Below are positions 17,801-26,785 of a DNA stretch of 64,000 nt, piece after piece. This DNA comes from Minisyncoccota bacterium (GTDB lineage Bacteria > Patescibacteriota > Minisyncoccia > UBA6257). The DNA is taken from NCBI GenBank assembly GCA_028695015.1, contig JAQVJR010000001.1:255297-319296 (forward strand), given 5' to 3'. Position numbers and translations under genes: made by a program. Position 1 is the first letter of the stretch. Each line of letters begins with the position of its first letter. Below the pieces are notes generated by a model that saw nothing but the letters and a program-made list of their open reading frames with translations, had not been told where the DNA came from and made no database searches.

Positions 17801-17824
17801 AAAAACCTCTCAATGAGAGGTTTT
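17801..17824 (+). terminator. Intrinsic terminator after tRNA-Ser
   Basis: AAAAACCTCTC-aat-GAGAGGTTTT. Confidence 0.7.
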
Positions 17825-17878
17825 AAAGTTCAAGATTGATTTTATTAAGGGATTGTGATAATATAAAAATACAGAGAT

Positions 17879-18142
17879 ATGTTAAACACAAAACAAAAAG
17901 AAAAAGTTATTAAAGAGTTTGCTACTCATAAAAAAGATACAGGTTCTCCTGAAGTGCAGATAGCTTTATTAACAAAAAAAATACAATTACTAAGCAAGCA
18001 TTTAAAAGAACACGCCAAAGACTATCATTCAAGGAGAGGTCTTTTAAGCATGATTTCTGAAAGAAGAAGGCTTCTTTCTTATCTAAAAAAAACCTCAGTT
18101 CGTCGTTATAATAAAATTGTAAAAAAGCTAGAGCTAAAATAA
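17879..18142 (+). CDS. rpsO: 30S ribosomal protein S15
   Basis: [25 protein letters not shown]. Confidence 0.97.
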   Translation: MLNTKQKEKVIKEFATHKKDTGSPEVQIALLTKKIQLLSKHLKEHAKDYHSRRGLLSMISERRRLLSYLKKTSVRRYNKIVKKLELK

Positions 18143-18176
18143 ATGCTGTTTGATAGTAATTTTAAAAATATTTTTT

Positions 18177-18743
18177 ATGACAATCAGGAATAAAAATCAA
18201 CGAGTAGTGGTTTTGATTGATGTGCAAAATCTTTATCATTCTGCAAAGAATCTTTATGGGGCGCGAGTAAATTTTAAAAATCTTCTTTTAGAAGCTGTAT
18301 CTGGTCGTCAATTAATCAGAGCAATTGCTTATGTAGCAAAAGCAGATGAGCCAGGCGAGGCTTCTTTTTTTGATGCTTTAGAAAAATCAGGCATAGAGGT
18401 AAGAGTTAAGGATCTTCAGGTTTACCCTGATGGGACAAAAAAAGGAGATTGGGATGTAGGCTTCGCCATTGATGCTGTTAGATTGGCTTCTAATATAGAT
18501 GCTTTTGTTTTAATAACTGGTGATGGTGATTTTATTCCTTTAGTAGAATATTTACGAGCCTTGGGTAAATATGTTCAAGTTATGGCTTTTGGTAAGACAA
18601 CCTCATTTCATTTAAAAGAAATTGTTGATGAATATTTAGATTTAGATTCAAAATCAGATTATTTTCTTTTAACTCCTTCTAAAAAAGAAGGTTTTTATAA
18701 GAAAATACCAAAAATCATTAAAACAACATTAAAAAGTAAATAA
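18177..18743 (+). CDS. NYN-domain (LabA/DUF88) PIN-like nuclease
   Basis: IDVQNLY, KGDWDVG, TGDGDFIPLV; ATG 18177 preferred over TTG 18150. Confidence 0.9.
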   Translation: MTIRNKNQRVVVLIDVQNLYHSAKNLYGARVNFKNLLLEAVSGRQLIRAIAYVAKADEPGEASFFDALEKSGIEVRVKDLQVYPDGTKKGDWDVGFAIDAVRLASNIDAFVLITGDGDFIPLVEYLRALGKYVQVMAFGKTTSFHLKEIVDEYLDLDSKSDYFLLTPSKKEGFYKKIPKIIKTTLKSK

Positions 18744-18766
18744 TTGAATAAAGATTTTTAAGATAT

Positions 18767-20902
18767 ATGGCAATAATTAAAAAACAGTTTTCTGTAAAAG
18801 CAGGAGATAAAACAATAAATATTGAATTTTCTAATTTGGTTGAACAAGCTAATGGTTCAGTTATGGTAAAAATGGGTGAAACCATTGTTCTGGCTTCTGC
18901 AGTAATGGGAACTGAAGACAAGGCAGATTTAGGTTTTTTTCCTTTAATGGTTGATTATGAAGAAAAATATTATGCAGTGGGTAAGATTTATGGCAGTCGT
19001 TTTGTTAGAAGAGAATCACGGCCTTCTGAAATAGCTATTTTAAATGGCCGTTTAATAGATAGAACTATTAGGCCTCTTTTTTCTCAGCAAATGAGAAGAG
19101 AGGTGCAAGTAGTAGTGACTTGTCTTTCTATTGATGAAAAAAATGACCCTGATATTTTAGGCATTATTGCTGCTTCCTTGGCCCTGGGTGTTTCTAATAT
19201 TCCCTGGCAAGGACCAGTAGCTGCTACTAGAATAAGTTGGTCAAAAGAAAATGGCTTTATAATAAATGCTGAATATGAAGAAAGAGAAAAATCTGATTTT
19301 AGCATTACTATATCTGGGCCAGATAATTTAATTAATATGCTAGAAGCTGAGGCAGATGAAGTGCCTGAAGATATTGTTAAGCAGGCAATTAAAATGGCTC
19401 AAGAGGAGATTACAAATTTGAATAAACAATTAGAAAAGATTATTAATGAAGTGGGGGTAGCTAAAGAAGAGGTAATGATAAAAGAATGGGATTTAGGACT
19501 AGAAAAAGAAATTGAAAGTTTTACAAAAAATAAATTAGAAACAGTTCTCTATCTCAAAAGCAAAACTGAAAGAAATACTCAGCTTGATTTATTGAAAACA
19601 GAATTAATAGAATATTTAGAAGCTAAAGATTTTTCACCAGAATCTTTAAATGACTTAAATTCAATTCTTGATGAACAAATAAACAAGATTATTCATCAAA
19701 ATGTTTTAGAAAATGAAAAAAGACCTGATTTAAGAAAATTAGATGAAATTAGGTCTTTAGAAATGGCAATTGATATTTTACCTCGACCTCATGGTTCAGC
19801 TTTATTTATGAGAGGTGAAACTCATGTTTTATCAGTAGTAACCTTGGGTTCGCCAGGTGATGTTTTGCTTATGCAGGGAATGGAAGTAACTGGTGAAAAA
19901 AGATTTTTGCATCATTATAATTTTCCTTCATATTCAGTTGGAGAAATTGGTCCTTTGCGCGGTCCTGGGCGAAGAGAAATTGGTCATGGTGCTTTAGGAG
20001 AAAGAGCTCTTTTTCCCATAATTCCCATACAAGAAGAATTTCCTTATACAGTAAGGGTAGTTTCTGAGATATTGTCTTCTAATGGCTCAACTTCAATGGC
20101 TGCCACTTGTGCTTCTTCTTTGGCTTTAATGGCTAGTGGTGTCCCAATCAAAGAACATGTTTCTGGCATTGCCATGGGATTGATGATAGATGAAAAAGGA
20201 AAGTATAAAATCTTAACTGATATTCAAGGCCCTGAAGATCATTATGGAGATATGGATTTTAAAGCCGCTGGTACTAAAAATGGAATTACTGCTTTACAGA
20301 TGGATGTTAAGATAAAAGGATTAACTGAAGATATTATTGCAGATGTTTTAGATAAAGCTAAAAAAGCAAGAGAATTTATCTTAGAAAAAATGAATCAAGT
20401 AATTCCTGAGCCAAGAGAAAATCTTTCTCCCTTTGCTCCAAGAATATTTACTTTAAAAATCAAAAAAGAATTAATTGGTTGTCTTATTGGGCCTGGTGGT
20501 AAAGTAATTAATAAAATAATTGAAGATAATGATGTTTCCATTGATATTGAAGATGATGGAACAGTTTTTGTTACAGCCCCTGATGAACAAAAGGCCGAAG
20601 CAGCTATTAAAGATATTAAAGAGGTTACCAAGGAATTTACTGCTGGAGAAGTAGTAAAAGGTAAAGTTATTCAAATTAAAGACTTTGGGGCGATTGTAGA
20701 TTTAGGAGGCACTAAAGAAGGATTGCTTCATATTTCTGAATTAGCTCCCTGGCATGTTAATAAAGTAGAAGATATAGTTCGTCAAGATGAAGAGCTAGAT
20801 CTAAAAATAAAAAAGGTTGAGCCTAATGGAAAGATATCTCTTTCTTTAAAAGATATTCGTTATTCAGAAGAGGATAAGGATAGAAAGAAAAGATCCAATT
20901 AA
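18767..20902 (+). CDS. pnp: Polyribonucleotide nucleotidyltransferase
   Basis: RLIDRTIRPLF, RREIGHG, SNGSTSMA, GDMDFK, KH and S1 domains. Confidence 0.97.
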   Translation: MAIIKKQFSVKAGDKTINIEFSNLVEQANGSVMVKMGETIVLASAVMGTEDKADLGFFPLMVDYEEKYYAVGKIYGSRFVRRESRPSEIAILNGRLIDRTIRPLFSQQMRREVQVVVTCLSIDEKNDPDILGIIAASLALGVSNIPWQGPVAATRISWSKENGFIINAEYEEREKSDFSITISGPDNLINMLEAEADEVPEDIVKQAIKMAQEEITNLNKQLEKIINEVGVAKEEVMIKEWDLGLEKEIESFTKNKLETVLYLKSKTERNTQLDLLKTELIEYLEAKDFSPESLNDLNSILDEQINKIIHQNVLENEKRPDLRKLDEIRSLEMAIDILPRPHGSALFMRGETHVLSVVTLGSPGDVLLMQGMEVTGEKRFLHHYNFPSYSVGEIGPLRGPGRREIGHGALGERALFPIIPIQEEFPYTVRVVSEILSSNGSTSMAATCASSLALMASGVPIKEHVSGIAMGLMIDEKGKYKILTDIQGPEDHYGDMDFKAAGTKNGITALQMDVKIKGLTEDIIADVLDKAKKAREFILEKMNQVIPEPRENLSPFAPRIFTLKIKKELIGCLIGPGGKVINKIIEDNDVSIDIEDDGTVFVTAPDEQKAEAAIKDIKEVTKEFTAGEVVKGKVIQIKDFGAIVDLGGTKEGLLHISELAPWHVNKVEDIVRQDEELDLKIKKVEPNGKISLSLKDIRYSEEDKDRKKRSN

Positions 20903-20904
20903 GG

Positions 20905-20932
20905 TTGACTTTCTTTTTCATAATATTATAAT
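20905..20932 (+). promoter_or_regulatory. Sigma70-type promoter
   Basis: TTGACT-N16-TATAAT. Confidence 0.65.
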
Positions 20933-20979
20933 AAATACAGGTGAGAACTCACTGATAAAATTTTAAATAATTTAAAAAC

Positions 20980-22230
20980 ATGCCTGAAAATTTTAATCTT
21001 AATCAAAATACTTATCCTCAAGATTATCCTAAAAAAGAGGATGAAGGGATTCCTAATTTACAAACAAATCTTGACCCAGGAGCAAGTCAATTTCCTCAAC
21101 AACCTTATGAACCTTTGGCAGGAGGACAAACAGATTCATTTCAACAACAAGCACCAGATCAATTTGCAGCTACAGGGCAGCCATTAGGTCAGATGCCTTC
21201 TGATCCTTTAGGGCAACAACCGCAACCGCAACCAGAGTTTTCAGGGCAGCAACAGCCAGAGCCTTTAGAAGGCTCTCTTCCTAAAGACCCAGAGCCAAAA
21301 TTTACACCACCTCCTTCAAATGTTTTTATTAGAACTTCAGAATCAGATTTAGAAAGAATTAAAGCTGAAGGAGGTACTATGCCAGGCATAGAGCCAGATA
21401 TAGCACCACCTCCTTTTTCTCCAGACATGCCTGGTACTGGATTTCAAGAAATACCAGAAGGCCCAGCTTCAACTCCTAAGAAAAGTAATTTAGTTCCTTT
21501 ATTAATAATTGGGATTTTAGTTATTGGTGCTATTTTATTAGGCTATTTCTTTTTATGGCCTATGTTAAGAAAAGAAAAAGAAGTTTTGCCTATAGAATTA
21601 GAAGAACCAACAACAACAACTACAACAATAGCTTATTCACCTTACCCTCAAATTAGCGGTCCTTTTCAAAAATCTATTGTGGATATAAGTATCTCTGGTG
21701 AGATAGTAAAAGAAGCTATCCATGACATAGCTCTTTCTGAGATAGCTTCACCTAATACTTTTAAGGTTCTTATTCCCAAAACTCACAACGATCCTTTAAC
21801 AAATGAAGAGGTTGTTCTTTCTTTAATTTCTGAATTGCCAGCTAGATTACATCCTTATCTTTTAGCTCGCAAATATTTAGTTTATGCCTATTATGGAGAA
21901 GTTAATCCTTCACTTGGTTTAATTATTGATATAGGTGCAGAAAATAAAGAAGAAGCAAAATCAGTATTTTTGTCTTGGGAAAAGAATCTAGGTATTTTAA
22001 AAGATCTTCAAAATTTGTTTTTGGTTAGTGTGCCTACAAAAAGAGATTCTAAAGAATTTCAAGAAACAACCAATGCTGGAGCAGAGATTCGTTATTTCGC
22101 ATATTCGGGTGAAGAAGTAGCTATTAGTTATGCTTTTTTTGACCAATATCTTGTTTTGACTTCATCTTTAGAATCAATAAATAGTGCAATTTCTCATTTA
22201 GGAGGTGCTACAGAACCAATTTATCCATAA
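20980..22230 (+). CDS. Hypothetical bitopic membrane protein with disordered Pro/Gln-rich N-terminus
   Basis: ~170-aa P/Q-rich segment, single TM, poly-Thr linker, globular C-terminal domain. Confidence 0.7.
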   Translation: MPENFNLNQNTYPQDYPKKEDEGIPNLQTNLDPGASQFPQQPYEPLAGGQTDSFQQQAPDQFAATGQPLGQMPSDPLGQQPQPQPEFSGQQQPEPLEGSLPKDPEPKFTPPPSNVFIRTSESDLERIKAEGGTMPGIEPDIAPPPFSPDMPGTGFQEIPEGPASTPKKSNLVPLLIIGILVIGAILLGYFFLWPMLRKEKEVLPIELEEPTTTTTTIAYSPYPQISGPFQKSIVDISISGEIVKEAIHDIALSEIASPNTFKVLIPKTHNDPLTNEEVVLSLISELPARLHPYLLARKYLVYAYYGEVNPSLGLIIDIGAENKEEAKSVFLSWEKNLGILKDLQNLFLVSVPTKRDSKEFQETTNAGAEIRYFAYSGEEVAISYAFFDQYLVLTSSLESINSAISHLGGATEPIYP

Positions 22231-22269
22231 ATTGCTTTTAAGTTTAATTTAAGTTAAGATGGTATTGCT

Positions 22270-24078
22270 ATGAATAAATTAGCAAAATCTTTTGTTTTTA
22301 TTTTTCTTATCTTTTTAAGTCTCTCGCTCATCTTTTCTGCAATGAGCGGTCTTGTTATTACTCCAGAAAAGATCAGCCTTTCAGAAGCCATTCAGGTTTT
22401 AAAAGAAGAACGACCAACAGAAGTAATTCTTTATCCAAATAAATTTGAAATTGTCCTTAATGAAGAAAAAACTTTTACTGCTGAAAGAGAGCCTAATGTA
22501 TCTTTTTCTGAAACTCTTCAGAATTTTGGTTTTTTGCCAGAAGAAATATCAGCTCTTAATATTGAAGTTAAAGGAGAGGGTGGCCTAGCTTTTTTCCTAT
22601 CAGTGATTTTACCAATTTTATTACCAGTTATTATCTTGGGGTTTCTTTTGTTTTATTCTTTCCGTCGAGCCAATCAAGGGGCAATGCAAATTTTCTCTTT
22701 TTCTCGTTCAAATATTAAATTATTTGCTCCAAGCAAAGATGGTATTAGTTTTAAAGATGTGGCTGGCTTAAAAGAAGCAAAAGAAGAATTAAAAGAAGTG
22801 GTTGAGTTTTTAAAAACCCCTAAGAAATTTTATGATTTAGGTGCTAAAATTCCCAGAGGAGTTCTTTTAATGGGGCCACCAGGCTCAGGGAAAACTTTAT
22901 TAGCCAGAGCTGTGGCTGGTGAAGCCAGAGTTCCTTTTTTCCATATTTCTGGTTCTGAATTTGTAGAAATGTTTGTTGGGGTTGGAGCTAGTCGTGTTAG
23001 AGATACATTTGCTACTGCTAAAAAAGCAGCTCCTTCTATCTTATTCATTGATGAGATAGACGCAATTGGGAGAATTAGGGGCGCTGGAGTTGGTGGTGGG
23101 CATGATGAAAGAGAGCAGACTTTAAATCAAATCTTAGTAGAAATGGATGGTTTTGATAGAGATACAAAGATAATTGTTATTGCAGCAACTAATAGGCCAG
23201 ATGTTTTAGATCCAGCTTTATTAAGGCCAGGTCGTTTTGACAGGCGAGTGATTTTAGATATGCCAAGCATTAATGACCGGGAAGAAATATTAAAAATTCA
23301 TAGTCGGGGTAAAACATTAGATTTGAGCGTAGATTTAAGAGAGATAGCTGAAAGAACACCTGGTTTTTCTGGTGCTGATTTAGCAAACTTAGTTAATGAA
23401 GCAGCAATTTTAGCAGCAAGAAGAAATAAAAAAAATATTAGCCAGCAAGAATTATTAGATTCAATAGAAAAAGTCATCTTAGGCCCAGAAAGAAAAAGTC
23501 GTCTTTTAACAAAAAAAGAAAAAGAAATCACTGCTTATCATGAAGCAGGACATGCTCTAATTACAGCTTTACTTCCAGGCACTGTTTTAGTTAGAAAGAT
23601 TTCTATTATTGCACGTGGTAGAGCAGCTGGTTATACAATGAGAATGCCTACAGAAGAAAAATACATGAAAACCTACTCAGAATTCTTAAATGATCTTTGT
23701 GCTCTTCTAGGAGGTTATGTAGCAGAAGAAATCAAATTTAAAGATGTTTCTACAGGCGCTGCTAATGATTTAAGAGAAGTAACAGACATTGCTAGAAGTT
23801 TAGTAACTAAATATGGGATGAGCAAGAAACTGGGTCCAATTTCTTTTGGTGAAACAGAAGAACTTGTCTTTTTAGGTAGGGAAATAGCCACAGAGAAAAA
23901 TTACTCAGAAGAAACAGCAGCCAAGATAGATAAAGAAGTTTTGGGTATTATAAATAAATGCTATCAGAAAACTAAAAAATTATTGAAAAAAAATATCAAT
24001 AAATTAGAATTAGTTACTCAGGAATTAATTAAAAAAGAAACCTTAGAAAAGGAAGAATTTGAAGATCTTATAAAATAG
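22270..24078 (+). CDS. ftsH: ATP-dependent zinc metalloprotease FtsH
   Basis: Two TM helices, [29 protein letters not shown]. Confidence 0.97.
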   Translation: MNKLAKSFVFIFLIFLSLSLIFSAMSGLVITPEKISLSEAIQVLKEERPTEVILYPNKFEIVLNEEKTFTAEREPNVSFSETLQNFGFLPEEISALNIEVKGEGGLAFFLSVILPILLPVIILGFLLFYSFRRANQGAMQIFSFSRSNIKLFAPSKDGISFKDVAGLKEAKEELKEVVEFLKTPKKFYDLGAKIPRGVLLMGPPGSGKTLLARAVAGEARVPFFHISGSEFVEMFVGVGASRVRDTFATAKKAAPSILFIDEIDAIGRIRGAGVGGGHDEREQTLNQILVEMDGFDRDTKIIVIAATNRPDVLDPALLRPGRFDRRVILDMPSINDREEILKIHSRGKTLDLSVDLREIAERTPGFSGADLANLVNEAAILAARRNKKNISQQELLDSIEKVILGPERKSRLLTKKEKEITAYHEAGHALITALLPGTVLVRKISIIARGRAAGYTMRMPTEEKYMKTYSEFLNDLCALLGGYVAEEIKFKDVSTGAANDLREVTDIARSLVTKYGMSKKLGPISFGETEELVFLGREIATEKNYSEETAAKIDKEVLGIINKCYQKTKKLLKKNINKLELVTQELIKKETLEKEEFEDLIK

Positions 24079-24083
24079 TAAAA

Positions 24084-24159
24084 GGGCGTATAGCTCAGTG
24101 GTTAGAGCGCCACTCTTATAAAGTGGAGGTCGATGGTTCAATTCCATCTACGCCCACCA
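24084..24159 (+). tRNA. tRNA-Ile(TAT)
   Basis: CCACT-cttataa-AGTGG, A73, encoded CCA. Confidence 0.9.
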
Positions 24160-24160
24160 T

Positions 24161-24234
24161 GGGCGGTTAGCTCAGTTGGTTAGAGCGCGTACTTGACGTG
24201 TATGAGGTCAGGGGTTCGAGTCCTCTACCGCCCA
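24161..24234 (+). tRNA. tRNA-Val(GAC)
   Basis: CGTAC-ttgacgt-GTATG. Confidence 0.93.
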
Positions 24235-24253
24235 CCCTAAGATTAAGGATTAG

Positions 24254-24282
24254 AAATTAACGACATTGTTTGTCGTTAATTT
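24254..24282 (+). terminator. Hairpin/terminator after tRNA pair
   Basis: AAATTAACGACA-ttgtt-TGTCGTTAATTT. Confidence 0.6.
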
Positions 24283-24297
24283 AAATAACAGGTTTAT

Positions 24298-25266
24298 ATG
24301 AGAAAAATCATTGTTGAACAAATTCCTAAGCCTGTGCGCTTGGATAAATACTTAAAAGAAGTAATCAAAGATATTTCTAGAGAGAAAATTGTTTTTTTAA
24401 TTAAGCAAGGGAAGATTAAAATCAAAGATAAAGAAAAGATCAAGCCCAGTCTTTTATTAAAAGGAGGAGAGGAAATTTATTTAGATGATTCTGTTATTCA
24501 AAAAAACAAAGAAGCACCTGTTTTAAAACCATTATCTTTGAGCTTAGAGCCAAAGATCTTGTATGAAAACAATGATTTATTAGTAATAGATAAGCCAGCA
24601 GGAGTTTTAACCCATGCTTCTCTTAGTAATCTTAATTCTCCTTCTATAGCCAGTTGGTTAATAGGTAAATATCCTTTTATCTCTCAAGTAGGTGAAGATA
24701 AGTTAAGGCCTGGTATTGTCCATCGTCTGGATAAAGACACTGCTGGAGTTTTAATTATTGCTAAAAATAATAATTCTTTTTTTTATTTGAAAAATCTTTT
24801 TAAGCAGAGAAAGGTTAAGAAAAGATATGTTGCTTTAGTTAAGGGTGAATTAAAGCAATCAAAAGGAGAGATAGATTTTCCTTTGACTCGTTCTAAAAAA
24901 TCAACAGTAAAACAAAAGGTAGTTGTAAATAAAACAGAAGAGAGAAAAGCTAAGGCAGCGCTTACTAAATATCAGGTCTTAGAAAGATTTAAAGGATTTA
25001 CTCTTTTAGAAATCATGCCAGAAACAGGCAGAACTCATCAAATCAGGGTTCATTTAGCAAGCATTGGTTTTCCTGTTGTTGGTGATAAGCTATATGGCAA
25101 GTTTAAGAAATCTGATAATTTTAATTTATCATATCACTTTCTTCATGCTCAAGAAGTTTCTTTTATTTCTCCTACTGGAGAGAACCTTGTAATTAAAACA
25201 TCCCTACCTCAAGAATTAAAAGAGTTTTTAAATCAATTAAGCAAAACCTCTAAAAAAGTTGCTTAA
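24298..25266 (+). CDS. RluA/RluD-family pseudouridine synthase
   Basis: S4-like N-terminus RLDKYL, IDKPAG, HRLDKDTAG, TGRTHQIRVH. Confidence 0.95.
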   Translation: MRKIIVEQIPKPVRLDKYLKEVIKDISREKIVFLIKQGKIKIKDKEKIKPSLLLKGGEEIYLDDSVIQKNKEAPVLKPLSLSLEPKILYENNDLLVIDKPAGVLTHASLSNLNSPSIASWLIGKYPFISQVGEDKLRPGIVHRLDKDTAGVLIIAKNNNSFFYLKNLFKQRKVKKRYVALVKGELKQSKGEIDFPLTRSKKSTVKQKVVVNKTEERKAKAALTKYQVLERFKGFTLLEIMPETGRTHQIRVHLASIGFPVVGDKLYGKFKKSDNFNLSYHFLHAQEVSFISPTGENLVIKTSLPQELKEFLNQLSKTSKKVA

Positions 25267-25314
25267 AGGCCCCTATTTATGCTAAAGTATTACAGATACT
25301 TTTAAATTATTAAA

Positions 25315-25671
25315 ATGACAAATATAAATATAGAAGAAGTAAAGCCTGGAATGACAGTAAGGATTTTCCAAAAAGTTCCAGCTTTTGATAAAGCAAAATC
25401 AAAAAAAACAAAAGATAGCGATAAAGAAAAAACCCAACAAATAGAGGGTTTAGTTATTGCTCGCAAGCATGGCAAAGAAGCTGGAGCTACTATTACTATT
25501 AGAAGAACAGCCAGTGAGGTAGGAGTGGAATGGGTTATTCCAATTGCTTCGCCTCATATAAAAAAAGTTGAATTAATAAGCGCGGCCCGAGTACGCAGAG
25601 CGAAGATGTATTTTCTTAGAGATAAATCCCAAAAAGAAATTCGTGCTAAACTCAAAGAAAGAGTCAAGTAA
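25315..25671 (+). CDS. rplS: 50S ribosomal protein L19
   Basis: PGMTVRI, EGLVIAR, GVEW, RVRRAKMYFLR. Confidence 0.93.
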   Translation: MTNINIEEVKPGMTVRIFQKVPAFDKAKSKKTKDSDKEKTQQIEGLVIARKHGKEAGATITIRRTASEVGVEWVIPIASPHIKKVELISAARVRRAKMYFLRDKSQKEIRAKLKERVK

Positions 25672-25680
25672 GTTTTTCAA

Positions 25681-25763
25681 GCGCGGGTGGTGAAATGGCA
25701 GACACGCATCCTTGAGGTGGATGTGTCCGTAAGGACGTGGAGGTTCGACTCCTCTCCCGCGCA
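25681..25763 (+). tRNA. tRNA-Leu(GAG)
   Basis: CATCC-ttgaggt-GGATG, long variable arm. Confidence 0.95.
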
Positions 25764-25773
25764 CTGAAAAATA

Positions 25774-26784
25774 ATGTTTTTTTTTGAATCAAAAAAAATT
25801 ATCCAAGTAGTTAAGAAATCAACGCCTTCAATCGTTGCGGTTTTAGTTTCCAAAGAGCTTTCAAAAGTAACAGAAGAAATAGGAGTTGAATTAACTCAAG
25901 GTTTAGTACAAGATGAAAAAGGAATGGTTAATGTTGGAGGTTGTTCTGGTTTTTTTATAACAGCAGATGGATATATTCTCACTAATCGCCATATTGTAGA
26001 AGATGAAGAAGCTTCTTATACAGTTGTTTGGCAGAATAAAACTTACTCTTGTGAAATACTAGCACGAGATAAGGTAACTGATATTGCTATTTTGAAGATA
26101 GATTCTCCAAAAGAAAAGTTTCCTTATTTGAAATTAGGTGACTCTTCTAAATTACTTTTAGGGCAAACAGTAATTGCTATTGGTAATGTCTTAGGAGAAT
26201 TTCAAGACACTGTTTCTCGAGGGATTGTTTCTGGATTATCTCGGCAAATTAAAACTGAAGGTGAGGAGAAAGTTCAGGAATTTTCAGGATTAATTCAAAC
26301 AGACGCCGCTATTAATCCTGGCAATTCAGGCGGTCCTTTAATTGATCTAAAGGGAAAAGTTATTGGTATTTGCGCAGCGGTTATCTTAGGAGTTGAAAAT
26401 ATAGGGTTTGCTATTCCAATAAACGAAGCTAAGAATATTTTGACAGATATTAAAAAATACGGAAAAATATGTCGTCCTAGTCTAGGGGTAAGATATTTCT
26501 TAGTTGATGAAGAAATGAAAGAATTGCATTGTTTGCCTTTTGATTATGGTGCTTTTATTGTATACGAGAGTATTCCTGGTTATGGAGGGATTATTTCAGG
26601 TGGCTTAGCTGAAAAAATAGGATTAAAAGAAGGAGATATTATATTAGAAATTAATGGGAAAAAAGTAGATAAGAAATTTAATCTAGCTCAGTCATTTATT
26701 AATTCTAAAGCTGGGGATAAAGTAAAAATTTCCTATTGGCGTCAAGGAAAAAAAGAAGAATTAACTGCAGAATTAGAATGCTAA
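25774..26784 (+). CDS. HtrA/DegP-family serine protease with one PDZ domain
   Basis: TNRHIV, TDIAILK, QTDAAINPGNSGGPL, GDIILEING. Confidence 0.93.
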   Translation: MFFFESKKIIQVVKKSTPSIVAVLVSKELSKVTEEIGVELTQGLVQDEKGMVNVGGCSGFFITADGYILTNRHIVEDEEASYTVVWQNKTYSCEILARDKVTDIAILKIDSPKEKFPYLKLGDSSKLLLGQTVIAIGNVLGEFQDTVSRGIVSGLSRQIKTEGEEKVQEFSGLIQTDAAINPGNSGGPLIDLKGKVIGICAAVILGVENIGFAIPINEAKNILTDIKKYGKICRPSLGVRYFLVDEEMKELHCLPFDYGAFIVYESIPGYGGIISGGLAEKIGLKEGDIILEINGKKVDKKFNLAQSFINSKAGDKVKISYWRQGKKEELTAELEC

Positions 26785-26785
26785 T

